A stretch of DNA of 64,000 nt from Convolutriloba macropyga. Lineage: Eukaryota. The stretch covers positions 33,976,001 through 34,040,000 of the forward strand of contig NC_134480.1 in NCBI RefSeq assembly GCF_964194025.1. The letters are read 5' to 3'. The notes beneath the pieces are model-generated. The model worked only from the letters and a program-made list of their open reading frames with translations. It searched no databases and was not told the origin of the DNA. Of this stretch, positions 1-13,300 are shown piece after piece. Both the position numbers and the translations under genes were made by a program. Positions within the stretch are counted from its first letter, which is position 1; every line of letters starts with the position of its first letter.

Positions 1-3000
1 CTTTAGAACGACGCCTACAAAAAGATGATACGTTAAGAAAACCTCATCAGAAAAACAATAACATTGAAGCTGGTTATGTCAAAGCTGGTTATGTCCACAA
101 AGTCCAACAGTTTGAACTGAACGAAACCAGAGACAGGCTGCAATGGTATCTGGCACATCATCCTGTGATCAACCCTCACAAACCCGAGAAAGTCAGAAGA
201 GTTTGCAACTAGGCAGCAAAGTACCAGGGTGTAGCCCTGAACGAAAAACTTCTATCTGGACCAGACCTGCTATAGAGTCTGATCGGATAGATTATTTCTT
301 TACGAGAACACGAAATAGCGCTTTCAGCCGACATCGAAGCAATGTTTCGTCAAGTTGCTGTCCCAAGCAGTGGCAGCCGATAAAAAAGATTTCTCTGGCG
401 AGAAGATCTACAGTAGAGGATAGAAGTCTACAATTATACACGACACGTTTTTGTGGCGAAGAGCCCGCCGAATTGTGCAAATACGCTTTGCATCAAATGG
501 AGAAATATAACGCGAAAGACGACGAAAATCTTGTCAAAGCTGTCCAGCAAAACTTCTACATGAACGACTTTATAAAGTCAACCAGAACTCCCCAAGAAGC
601 GATTGAAGTTTACCAGAAAGTCAGAGAGATCCTTAGTAAAGTTGGATTCAATTTCAGGAAATGGATAGCAAGTCACGAAGAAGTCAATTCACAAGTCCCA
701 GAGGCAGACAGGTCAACGAAAACTGTGAAGACTTTCGACGCGAAGCCACAATTATTATCAATTTTTGGACTGATCTGGAACGTAGACACAGAGAGTCTAA
801 TAGTCTGTCGTGGAACTGAGCAAGAAGTTCCAGCAAAAAACTCAGAGAATTGTCCTATACTTTGTCTCAGCAGTGTTCGACCCACTTGGGATATGTTCAC
901 CCTTCACGATAAGAATGCGTTTTCTGCTCGAAAGCGTTTGGGCAGTAATGGGACAAGCAGGGAAAAAGATTTGTCAGCTGAACACTCAAAACTATTCAGT
1001 GATTGGTGCTCTGAGTTGAGAGAAGAAAAGACGATGTCAAAAAATCAACATTATTTCAGAAAAGGATGTACAAACTTGGGACTACACATTTTCACAGACG
1101 CGTCAGAGAAAGCAATGTGCTTCGTGGCATATCTGCAAGGCGAGGCAATGTTGAAACTTACCTATGTGATAGGAAAATGCTGTGTAGCACCTATCAGAAG
1201 CACGATGATTCTGAAGTTAGAACTTCCAGCCGCAGTATACGGAGTTCGTCTCAGAAAGCAGATATTGAGAGAACAGGATCTCAGAATTGACAAAATATAT
1301 CATTGAACAGATTCTTCTACAGTGTTAGAGTGGTTACAGTCAGCTCACAAACAACAGCAAGTGTTTGTTGCCAACAGGGCAGCAGAGATACTGGAAAACT
1401 CTTCCATTGATCAATGGATACATGTCAAAGGCATCGAAAACCCTGCTGATATTGGCACAAGAGAAATGTCCATCGAAGGCCTCAAAGAGTCCGGGTGGTT
1501 AAACGGGCCGGCATTGCTCCAGACAGATGAGGAAAAATAGCCAAAGCCGTGGTGCCAAGGGAACGCAGCTGAAGCAGAGCAAGTTACCAGTACTGTAGAC
1601 ACAGAAACAGAGCTAGACCAACTATTTGACGGGAGACAATACAGTACCTTCAACAGAAATAAAAACATCATTGCCTACTGCATGAGGTTCAAGATGACGA
1701 AGCAAAAGGGATCCACAAAGCAGACAAAATCCATCAAGCAGAACAAATACTGTTTCGATTTGCTCAAACCGAAAGCTTCCCCAATGTTTCAAAGTCGATA
1801 ACAAACAGTTAAGAAATCACCAAAACATTGAACATCGCCAAACTTTCACCCTTTAAAGAGAAAGATGGAACAATTAGAGTCAAAGGCCGACTGAAGCATT
1901 TAATCCATGATTACAATGCGAAACACCCAATTTTGTTAACAGCGAAACATCCAGTTGTTCCATTTCTGCTTGAGAAAGCACATCGTGACAACCTACATGA
2001 GGGCACAGAATATGTGAAAAACATGCTTCAACAAAAGTACTGGATCATAGGATTCAGAAAGGCATTAAGGAAAATCAAGTCGAGATGTATATCACATGCA
2101 GACACAGAAACGCCAACCCGATTCATCCACCAATGGCAGACCTACCCCGACAACGATTTGATGAACATATGTTCCCATTCACTCATACCGGTGTCAAATA
2201 CTTCGTACCCTTCGAAGTCAAGTTCCTACGACGTACTTTGAAGAGATGGTGCTGCCTCTTCACTTGTCTAACAACGAAAGCAGTGCACATCAAAGTCTCA
2301 CAGTCCTTGGACACCGAGTCATGTCTAGCTGCAGTGACAAGATGCATAGCAATACGTGGCAACCAAACACTATCATCAGTGAGAACGGAGCAAATTTCGT
2401 TGGAGCAGCCAATGAGCTGAAAGCATTCATGAACGCGTGGGACAAAGCTAAGATTGAAAGAGACTTAGCACAGAAAAAGGTTGTTTGAAATTTCAATCCT
2501 CTGGTGGAATCTGGGAAAGACTGGCTCAAAGTTTCAAGAAGGTCTTGACTGCAATCTTGGACAACCGAAGCCTCACCGACGAGGTACTCAGCACAACAAT
2601 GGGTCTTGTAGAGCAAACACTCAGCGCAAGACCCCTGAGAGCAGTAAGTGATGACGCTGACGACTTGACGGCACTCACGCCAAATCATTTCTTGTTAGGA
2701 CGAGAGATTGCACGTGCACCATTCATGCCATGCGGTGAGCGCTACCTCGACCTGAGAAAATCTTTCAAAACGGCTCAAGCATATGCCGACATGATCTGGA
2801 AAAAGATGGACTCTTGAATACCTTCCACAAAGGAACCAGCGATCGAAGTTGTCAAAGGAACATTTGCAAAACCTGAAAGACGGTGAAGTTGTGTGGCTAG
2901 TGGATGACTCTTTGAAACGCCGTGAGTACAAACTGCGACGAATCATTAAGATATTCACTGGCAACGACGGTGTTGTGAGATCAGCGAGAGTCAAATTGGC

Positions 3001-3070
3001 ACATGGAGATCTATACCGGCCGGTCGTGAAGTTAACGCCATTATTCTACGATGGTGTTTCCGAGATTTAA
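1..3070 (+). mobile_element. Decayed BEL/Pao LTR retrotransposon pol (RT, RNase H, integrase); its 5' part lies outside the window
   Basis: Frameshifted fragments carry Pao motifs: NFYMNDF (decayed YMDD), LHIFTDASEKA...LKLEL (Pao RNase H), FVANR...WIHVKGIENPADIGTR, KHPILL, CLFTCLTTKAVH, GGIWERL, LTPNHFLLG, GNDGVVRSARVK...RPVVKL. Many stops and frameshifts. Confidence 0.95.
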
Positions 3071-3084
3071 AACAGTGCCGGCGA

Positions 3085-3705
3085 TGTTTTCGGCGCTTCA
3101 AATCAGCTAGAATAACTTTTTAAACAGAAAAATCTTAGAATTTGTCAAATCTCAAAAATGGTCAAAACTGAAAATTTTTACAAGTTGGGACCGAAGATTT
3201 GTACAAAACCGATTTTTGGAAAGGAAACCTGAGCATTCCGAGGTTATGGCACACGGTTAGGGTTATCTCTAAGCTACTCATTGACCCAACGAGCGTTATA
3301 GCATCACACCCACAATTGTGGCTATTAGCACTTATATGGTGCAAAATTGGCATTTTTTTGATATTTTATTTCTTAACTTGTTTATTTTAGGATACTTTAG
3401 GTGATCATTAAAGGTCAAATACCGTACGTTCGAGGCATTTAGAGCCACGTATTAACATTCTGGGTTTATGTCAATAAGAGTAAATATTGCCGTAATTTGA
3501 CATTTACTATGTAAACAATTTCCTAAATCACTTTCTCGATTAACCAATCTGAAACAAGTAGCGATGATGTAATAGATGATAAATTTTTGATTATTTACTT
3601 TAACCCAATTGTTTAAATATTGAATTAGAATTGAATTTAGAACCAGTAGAAGCTGTGTTACAGAGCAGTTCGCTCTCAGATTGACTAAAATTTGATTCTT
3701 TAACA
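3085..3705 (+). repeat. Probable 3' LTR of the first BEL/Pao element
   Basis: TG begins at 3085, just after the integrase end (...GCCGGCGA|TGTTTTCGG). A candidate ...TTTAACA end is at 3705. No second LTR or TSD in the window confirms the right boundary. Confidence 0.45.
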
Positions 3706-4993
3706 ACTTTATTCCTTTTGCTAAGTTTGCCTAGATCTTAAGATCTTGCGAGTTTTCAGTTAGTTGAGCTTACTTAACGAGAAGTTAGCAACCTTACTAA
3801 CACTGATTGAAGCCTTCCAAACTTTGGCATGAGATTGAACATAGATTATCACCAGGGATTTTCTAAACTTCAATCAACCAAATTGAAGTTACAGTCCTTT
3901 AATACGTCGGAATGACTAATTGTTTCGACTATTTGTTGAATATTTGTTAATCAATCGAACCCTGTGAACAACCAGGCCAGCGTGAAACTCGAGAGCCAGG
4001 CTGTGATATAACGGTTCCGCTGAGATTCTTGAGCAGCCGCAACATTTCTCTGTCATTTTTGTTGTGAGAATCTTTTCATATAGAAGGCATTCAAAAAAAT
4101 GAGAAACTTGATAAATTGCTAATTAATTTTTGAATTTCCTAATAAATTAGAGGACTGAAATTTTTCAATTTTGTTTAAAAGGAGCTTCCTAATCACGTCA
4201 CGTGCTATGAAAATTAGAAAAAGATATTCTAAAACTGTTTGCCAAATATAGTCTTCAGCTCGGAAGAACGAGCTCGTTAGTTTATCGAATTCTAATTTTT
4301 GAGTTATTGAAAACTACTTCAAGTTTAGTTTTTCAGTTTCAATGTAAACATATTCAGGCAATTGGTATGAGATAACTTTTGAATTGAATATTAAAATTTT
4401 ATAAGCTTCTAGAACATAAATTGATTCAAGATAACAAGTTTGCTATATCGCAGCAAAAACAATAAAACGTTGCAGGCTTTGAAATTAGACAGATGTTTAA
4501 AAAATAGAATGTGGAAAAGTGTGAAAAGAAAGTATAAAATAAAAAAGGTATAGAGATGAAGGCTCACTAAAATATTTTGAAAAAAATCTGAAATATGAAT
4601 TTGAAACTTTAAAGTAAAAAAGGGATAAAAAAAGCAACCACGAATAATTTTACTTGAGTTGATAAAATTGAGAAATATCCTATTTGTATTTTTGGTTCAC
4701 CTTGTTTTTTTATATACCAACTGAGTAACTCTAATTTGAAAACGCTTTCTACGCGTAAATGACTGAATGTTAATTTTTGAATGAACCAAAGGGTTGAGCT
4801 CAATCGGAATGAAGTCGCCAGAATCTTACAAGTTAGCGATTCGAGTTTCAATTTTTTACAAGCTAACCATTAAATTTGCAAGTTCTTTCAAGTTAACCAT
4901 TCGACTCGCATTTTCCTATAAGTTAATTATCTTTTGCAAGAAACTTGGAAGTTCTCATATAAAAACCACTTACTTTGTCTGTTTTAGATTTGA

Positions 4994-6511
4994 CCCGGGT
5001 TGAAAAAAAACTTTTAAGCATAGAACTTTCATAATAGAAAGCCTTGAATTCATACATTCAAAAAACCATAAGACTACGATTTTGTCATATACGAAGGTTT
5101 TATTACGATAATTTTTCCATAAAGAGAGTTCTATGACTAGAAATTTTTCATATATGGAAGTTCTTAGATTACAATTTTTCCATAAATGGAAATTCTAAGA
5201 TTAATACTTCTGCATAACAACAAACAGGACGTTTTGAAAGCATCTTTTTTTGAGAATTTTCATGAGCTTCTTATACTACAAGGCAAAACAGTTTGTCTGT
5301 TTTCCTTGCAAAATAGGCAACCTGGAGAACTTTTTTTCCAAGACATGACACTGCAAAAATCTAAAATTTCAGATAGGGCAGAAATATTATAGCTCATCAA
5401 AGCAAAGAAAAAAGCGAATTTAATATACAGCACATGGGAGAAGTTCCCTCTAGGGGCACAATTTGATGAATTTTTAACAAAAATTTAATTAAAAAAAAAC
5501 ATTTTACCCACCAAATGTTAACCGAAAGCGCTCAACAACAAAACTTGGTACCTTACAATCCTTATGAATAGAAAGCAGTACCAAAAAGATATGGGTAACA
5601 TTAAACAACTCCTTGACCCAGAAGTTTCAATTGCATTTTTTTAAAATACGATGGACTTTTTGAATAACATTTTACGAAATCACAAAAATTGACACTATAT
5701 AACACTTATGGTAAGTTTTCTTAAATCGTGGTCAAGGTTAGCCAAATGCACAATTTTTATATAATTTTGAGCTGTCTAGACTTAGTAGTAAAAATGAAAC
5801 TAACCTTTTCTATTCATGTTGAAAATCATAAATGGTCAATTTCATTAGCCTTCCAATCCATTTTAAAAAGCGTTCCTAGCAGAATGGCACACCTACTGAG
5901 TTTAACACACAACGGAAACTAAAAGAAATTGAGATCCAGAAATTTTGCTAACGTGATAACGTATTTATAAAACTGATTTCAACAAAAATGATTATATAAA
6001 AGTTTTTTTTTTATTTTCATAATGCAGAGATCGAGGGTGACTAGTTTATTAATTAACAACAAACGTTATCAAGTTACGCATTATATTAAAATCGACTGAT
6101 AATAAGCACTCAAATTTATTTTTGCGTTTTAGTTTTTTTTGAGTTTTATCCATAAAAAATGCAAAATGTTGTCATCTGAGGCTCAGATTTCAGCTGACTG
6201 CAGCATAAGCATTTTTCGAAACATGTGCTGTCTAAATTTTAGGTCGGCCTTTTTTTGTTTTGTATGAAGTTCTATGACTACAAGTTTTTCATACATACTG
6301 TGTCACAGAAAATTAATAGTTTTAGATTTTTTTCTCACTATTTCTTTGAATCATTTTGTTTGCTCTTTGTTTCAACAATTTCCTTATTTCTCCTAAAATT
6401 TTTTATATCACAACTTTAATGTTATGAAAGTTTTATCACTACAACTTCTCATAGACCCCATAAAATGAACTTATAATTTTATAACTTCGTGAGTTATGGG
6501 GTCAACCCGTG
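4994..6511. mobile_element. Putative CMC/CACTA-like non-autonomous element with ~32-bp internal tandem repeats
   Basis: Ends CCCGGGTTGA (4994) and TCAACCCGTG (6502-6511) are imperfect inverted repeats. A ~32-bp unit (TTCTATGACTAGAAATTTTTCATATATGGAAG-like) occurs 4-5 times at ~5066-5204 and again at ~6266-6296 and ~6400-6455. No clear TSD. Confidence 0.4.
5186..5282 (+). CDS. HPS1: HPS1-like gene, putative exon 1
   Basis: MEILRLILLHNNKQDVLKASFFENFHELLILQ resembles the longin N-terminal strand-loop-helix of HPS1 proteins. It ends in phase 1 at AAG|GCAAAA, matching the phase-1 acceptor at 6643. Confidence 0.4.
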
Positions 6512-6643
6512 AGCTCTACTTTTTAGCTGGTGTCACAAAAAGTTAAGTTAATCTAACTTAAGCTGCATTTGCCAAAACGTTTGGCAAGAGGAAAGTGCAG
6601 GCACTTGCACATTCCACTAGTTATTTTTCGCTTATTTTTCAAG

Positions 6644-7413
6644 ACTTGAAAATTAACAACTAAACAGAGCCGGACCTAACACTTCTCGGAAAGTTTCCTC
6701 ATAGATGTGACGTAAATAGTTGGTTATTGCTTTTCAATGCTACTTTCTTTTTCGAAAGAAGCTTGTGATTAGATTTGTTAGATTGATGATTCATATAAGA
6801 ATTGATGATTCATTGATGATAAGCGGGATCTATGATTTGAAGTAACGGGAGTTTGTTTCGAATTACCAAAATTTGTTCTGCTGTGATGGCGTTGTCCTTC
6901 GGAAAATAGATTTTTGAACCCCGCCTCCTCCCCCAGACAACGTTTTTGTACTCATATTTCCACCACGTCACGCCTTGTATTGTTGCAAAAGTTTTTTTCT
7001 GATAACATGGTTGTTTTAGTGGAAGCCTTTCTTTATTCGTGGGAGTATCTCTATTTGACGAACTTGGAACTTACTCTCGGGTTAACAAAAATGAACCCAT
7101 CATCCAAAAACGAAGCATCCAAACTCACAAATTTTCTCCAATCAGCGTGCAAGAAAGTTTCCGTAGCGTCAAATCGCGCCTCTTTTGCAATTTTGTACAG
7201 ACAGCATGAAATGATTTGTTATCACACTAACAATTCCTCAAAACAACTTCTGCACTGCGATTCGTTGACACAATTTCTGATCATGCTGTACATGTTGTAT
7301 CCGAGTGATCAAATGATCAGTTCAGTTGGCAGAATTATTGCTAAGAAGAAAACGAAAAAGACAAGTGAGCATTCACGAACGGAGTCTACGATATCGCCAC
7401 CTAGTCTCTCGAG
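6644..7413 (+). CDS. HPS1: HPS1-like gene, exon 2 (5' third disrupted; open from 6914)
   Basis: LYSWEYLYLTNLELTL...FAILYRQHEMICYHTNNSSKQLLHCDSLTQFLIMLYMLYPSD aligns by eye with recalled human HPS1 LWTYSRLREQEQCFAV...[41 protein letters not shown]. Ends phase 2 at AG|GCAAGT. Stops at 6661 and 6766 and apparent frameshifts at ~6765, ~6840 and ~6905. Confidence 0.7.
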
Positions 7414-9815
7414 GCAAGTATTTTCTAAAAGCTCTTCCTACTATAGAGATTTTGACAAAAAAATACAGCAGAATTTTTTACAGAGTTTTTTACCATGCAA
7501 AAATCTTAGTTATGCGCTTAATGTTCTCTGAGCTTTCAACGTATTTCTCACATTCAGCATTTGTCAACACACAAAGCGCGTGATCATGTAAGACTTTTAT
7601 GTAAGACTGAAGCACTTTTTCTGACATCATTTTCGCACTTTCATCATTTTTCAACTTTCCTTGCGCAATTAGACTTTTTAAGCTTTTACATTGCATTTTT
7701 CCGTTTCTTTAAAAGATTTGAAGCGCTGAAGTTTTGCAAATGTTCTAATAGTTTAAGCGTTTTCTAATTTTCTAATTGAAGGGCTCTGTGAGTCAAGTCT
7801 TGAAGCGTTGATTTGATGTATTGAATGTGCTGAAAAAACGGTTAGTTTTCTGTAAAACTTGTTCTGCGAGCTGAAAGTCATGTAAGAAATGTTCTGAAAA
7901 AGTTGAACTCACCTCTTTTTCGGAAGTGCTGCAACTGTGTTAGAATTTTTTCAAAATTCGAAGTGTGTCGATGTTTTTTGTACAGATACGTGCTAAATTT
8001 TTGTAAGAATTGTGCTTATTTTTTGTAAGGAATGTGCTAATTAACTTTGCTGAGTTATGTAATTATTTTGCTGAAAAACATGTCAAACTTTTTGTATTAA
8101 TGCACTGACAAGTCCAAAATATGTTTTTATTCAGCACATTTTGCACCTAAAACCAAAATTCCAACAAATTCAGCGCATATCTTACATTATTTCAGCAAAT
8201 TGAACGTATTTCTAACTATGATTTTTGCCTAAAACTGCTTACACTGCCACCCGGGGGATATGAGTAATCTCCTTGAACAAAAATTGATGTGCAGTGAACA
8301 TCTTATTGGAGTTATGATGACTTTTTTTGCAACTTTTTTCCCACTGATGCTCTCATTTTTCCACAGCTCATGTTTTAATGGATTTTTTTGCCGCTAATAA
8401 AAACAGTTGTTAGATTTTGTCTTCGTGCAATTGAAAAATTATGAGACAAATGATGGTATTTACGTGATCAAAAAAATTTGCACATTAGTTGAAAACGCTT
8501 TTCGGAATTCGGAAAATCGTTTTTTTTGTTAACTCTAGTGAGTCAAAAGTCCAAAATTGCCTGTAATTCTGAACAAAGTGTTCAGTTTTCTGTTCATTTT
8601 TACTGACAGCAAATTTCAAAAATATATTTTTTCGTTAATGTTCTTTTCTGAAATTAATAATGTAAGTGAATTTATCCAAAATTATTAATATTTATTTTCA
8701 CACGTTCCTTTAAACACTTTACCAAAAAAATCCAAAGATGCGCTAGTTTATCCTTGTCTTCTCATTAACTTTTAAACGCCTTTTCCCTTCTTTAAAATAC
8801 AATAAAGTTTCAATTAGGTTGACTCTAAATAAAAGTTTTTTGACATTAACTTAACTTATTTTGCTGCACTTAACTAAAATGATGAATTATACGTTGAAAA
8901 ACGTCTCCACTCATGCTATTTTATTCCAGTAATTCGAGAAATATTATCTCGGAAGATGTTAAAAATTTGAAAGGTTTCCGTCTCATCAGAGCTTATCATG
9001 TCATGCATTGCATGACTATTCATTTTGCAAAACGACACAATAACTCTTACACCTTAAAAATTATGTACGTTAGAGCTTGTACTTAAAAATTTTTGCCACA
9101 TATGATGTGACAAAATAAAATTTAAAGTTTTCAAGAAATATATTGTTATCTGAGATCTGACCATATTATGTTAGAACTCATAAGAAATAATACGATTTCT
9201 TAGAAGAAGTCTTTCGATTAGCTTTTCTTAATTGCCAATCAGGTCAACAAATTTGTAAACAGGCAAATGATGAATTGATTTTCAACTTAGAATCTTTTTT
9301 GTACGTTATTTATTTTTTAAAGTGTACTTTTACTAGATCTTAGGTTAAATCAACAGCACAATTTGATTAGGGCATTTCTTTAGGTTCTCATCTTCTATAA
9401 GTTTTCAATGAAAATTTTCAAAACAATATTTTTTTCAAAAAAAACTGAATGTCGTTATCTGACTTTGGAGTTTTTAGCAATAGTGCAATGATATGAATCT
9501 ATTTAACCATGGCATACTTCGGCTTTAGGTATTTTTTGTGATACATCAAATCACAATCAATAAAAAATTTGGTTAGAGAAATTGCAACTTTCAAACTCGT
9601 TAAATTGACTCTGAATGATACGAGCAATATTTACATCGGATGGAAAATGTATGTAGACAATGGTCCAATTGGTTTTTAATTCCAGCCAAACAATAATAAA
9701 TAGATTAGTTCGCGGTGCGGTCAACACGTTATCTTGCAATAGTGTTGAAAAAAATTTTTTCACTAAAACTGATTCAGATGACAATGTTTAGGGAATGCGA
9801 AGTGATGAAAGTACT

Positions 9816-10175
9816 TGTTTATGCTCTTCGGCCTAAGTCTTGCATACCAAGACAACTTTTCATAAATATTTGTATTTCTGAAAGTAGCAACCATGGTAGC
9901 AAATCAACCTCTTTAAATACATCATAATTCGCGCCATTGGCACACAAGTTGTGGTTAAAAACGGGAAATCCCTTACTATAAATAATATTGAAAGTGAAGG
10001 TCAACCACTTCTGACTTCTTCAATAAAATCAACTTAAATATATAGCTTCAATGGAAATAGGTTGGGGGAATGGAAATCAGGAAATGAATGGGTTTTGGAG
10101 GACGAAAGTGTAGGTGGGGGGAGGAAAATGAGGGTGTGGGGGAGATAAAATATAAAGGAACTTGGTTCCTTTACA
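9816..10175 (-). repeat. 3' LTR of the second BEL/Pao element
   Basis: Direct repeat of 17129-17489 with about 11 substitutions and 1 indel by hand count. Confidence 0.95.
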
Positions 10176-10266
10176 CTCCCGGCACAAAAAGGCAACATTT
10201 GAAATAAAAATATAAACAATAAAATAAAGCACAAAAAGTTTTCTTTCTGATATTGAGTTTTTTAAT

Positions 10267-10271
10267 GTGTT

Positions 10272-10316
<45 letters not shown>

Positions 10317-10328
10317 GTGTGTGTGTGT
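10267..10328. repeat. (GT)n microsatellite in the BEL 3' UTR
   Basis: Visible gtgtgt run. Confidence 0.95.
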
Positions 10329-10343
10329 TTCAATGAACTTGTT

Positions 10344-13300
10344 TCAGTGACCCTCCGGCGCACTTGACAATTGCGGGAATACACGGCTTAGGGTTACTGC
10401 TGGTCTCTGTACCATTCCTGTAGACGTCTGGATGTCGAAGCTCCTGGCCATTCCGTCTGAACCTCTGTGTGCTTTCACAATCCTCCCGAGGGGCCAGACG
10501 CCACTGGGTGTAAAGTCCTTGAGCACCCACACAATGTCACCTTCATCCAGCTCATCAATTGATCATTGCCACTTCGTTCTCTTGTTGAGCTCAGGAACAT
10601 ACTCCTTCAGCAGCCTGCTCCAGTAGTGATCAAGTAGTGACTGCGTCAACTTGAAATCCTTAGTGGAGAACCGCTGGTTGCTGTTCACAAGAGGTTTCAA
10701 CCATATGTGAGGTCTGCGAAGAAGGAAGTGATTCGGAGTAAGTGGTCCCTCATCTGAGATGCTGCAGCCCACATGAGTTAATGGCCTGGAGTTCAAAATT
10801 GCCTCGGCCTCTGCCACAACTGTCTGGAAAACTGAGAGTGTTAGTTTCCGACTGCCCAGCACTATTAGTAGACTCCTCTTCGCGATCTGTATCAGCCTCT
10901 CCCAGACTCCTCCGAAGTGTGGTGCCAATGGAGGATTGAAAGTCCAGTGAATGTTCTGTTGAGCCAATTGCAGTCTGATGTACTCGTTGTCTGGCTTGTA
11001 GGTTCTCTGGAACTTCAACTTCATTGCTTGGTTTGCTCCAATGAAGTTTTTGCCATTGTCACTCACAATGAGGTCAGGGTATTCACATTGCGATACAAAT
11101 CTGCGGATGGTCATGAGAAGACAATCGGTTGAGAGGTCATGACACATTTCTAGGTGGACAGCTCTTGTGACCAGGCATGTGAAAAAGCAGGCGTAGTGCA
11201 TCTGGGTGCCCTCTCTCTTGCCTTGAATGTAGAATGGTCCAAACATGTCCATTCCTGTGTTGACGAAGGGGTACTGCTTGTTTACATCTGGGAATCTGAA
11301 TTCAGGCAGGTCGGCCATCTTCGGTCTCATATTGTCTGCCATCCATCGTCTGCAAATGAAACAGTATTTCCGCAGACTTCTCAGCGCCGTTCTCAACCCA
11401 ATCATCAGGAAAGTCTGTTGCAGGTGAGCTTTCACATGTTCCACGCCCTGATGGCCACACTCATGGTGCGCCTTTCAATCAACAGCCCTGCAATTCTGCT
11501 CCTGCTATGGAGAACGAGGGGATATTTTGCACTGTAGGTTAGAGGTGCCTTGTTGAGTCTTCCTCCCACCTTCAAGAGTCCGATGTCATCTAGAAAGGTA
11601 GTGAAGGACATCAGCTTGTCTCCTTTATCGAGATTGCTTTCCTTCAATAGAGTAGAAGTTGTTCCTGAGAAAAACTCGTTTTGGGACGTTTTGATGAGGT
11701 AGTTCCTTGCCCCGCTCTAATCTGATGCAAAATTGTCAGTGTTGGAGGTCCCAGGTGATTCGTTTTGTCTTCTATTTCGGAGTTTAGCCTTGAAGTGTAA
11801 TATTGCCTGGAACACCATTCTAGTAGAGTTGAGTAGTCGACGCCATGTTGAAAACTTTTCCACCTCAATGACCGACGTCTGAAGTTGTGTCGCTTGTGTA
11901 GCGCATATGTGGGGATCACTGTCCTCTGCAAAATTCCAGGAGTCTTGAGGTGTGCTTAGAAAGTCTGGTAGTTGAAGGCACAGATTTGGTATGTCTGATG
12001 GGGTGAGGCCTCATGTGCCTTGGTCAGCGGGATTCATCTTTCCAGGGATGTGTCTCCAATTGTCTGGGTTGGAATTCTTGTGAATTTTGGTCAATATGTT
12101 GGCAATGTACATCTTCTGTCTTTGTTTGGATTGTATTCATCCAATTGTAGCGGTGCTATCTGTCCAAAAGTGTTTTGAGGTTATGGTTGTTGTCATCTTG
12201 CTCTCACGGAACCCAGCCAGCTCTGCTCCAAGTGTTGCTGCTTCCAGTTCCAGTTTTGGAATGCTCAGCTGCTTGATCGGCGCCACTTTTGTTTTATTGA
12301 TCACATAACGGGATGTGGAAGATTCATCGGCTTTGGTTGTCCTCACATAAACTATGGCAGCAATTGCACTCATTGAGGCATCAGTGAACGTGTGAAGTTG
12401 GTGGGTCCCATTGATGTTGGGAATCAAGCATCTAGGAATTTGGATTGAAGTCATGCTGTCGAGCTCATCCATCCACTCCTGTATTTCCTGCTGGTACCAT
12501 TCTGACACAGGTTGATCCCAGTTTCTTCCCTCTTTAATGATTCTTTGGAGAATGCTTCCAATTCTGATGGCAAAAGGTTAAATCAGTCCGACTGGATCGA
12601 ACAGAGAAGCTGCCATTGAAAGCACCTTTCCTTGAGTCATCTGTTGTCCTGTGTAGAAAAGCTCCGGTTTCGAAAAAATCAACTTGTCAGTTTTGGGGTT
12701 CCACGTCGGACCAAGGGTTCTTTGGGCTTTCATTAACGGCTTGTCTTCTTCCAGTAGGTTATCTAGTGCGGCAGGTCTGTTGCTCAGGAACTTTGTCAGA
12801 TTGAATCCTCCTGTATGCAAAACAGTTTTGATCTCATCTGCACTTCTGGGGGCCTCTTCTTCAGAAGGGTAGGTCTGCATGAAATCATCCATGTAGAACT
12901 GCTGCATGATTGATGTGTAGGCATCTGGATGTTCTTGTTTGTGGTCATTTGCACACTTCTGCAGAACAAAAACCGCACAAGAAGGTGAGCATGTGGCTCC
13001 AAAAATGAGTCGATTGTATTTGAAGATCTTTTCATTGCCATTCTGTGTCCACAGAAAACGGAGATAGTCCTGGTCTTGGGGTTGGATGTCACTCTGCACG
13101 AACATTGCCTCGATGTCAGCTGTGATTGCCACTGAGTACTGTCTGAAGCGGAGAAGACATCCATGCAAGTTGCAGAGTAGATCCGGCCCTGTCAGCAGCG
13201 CATCATTGAGTGAGGTACCCTTATATTTGGAAGCAGCATTTGTGACTCTGCGGATTTTGTCGGGTTTCTGTTTGTTGATCACTGGGTGATGGGGAAGGTA

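Noticed and set aside
7358-7370. Canonical GTGAGC donor for HPS1 exon 2
   Set aside because: It is phase 1, incompatible with the phase-2 start of the exon at 21170, and I found no bridging exon.
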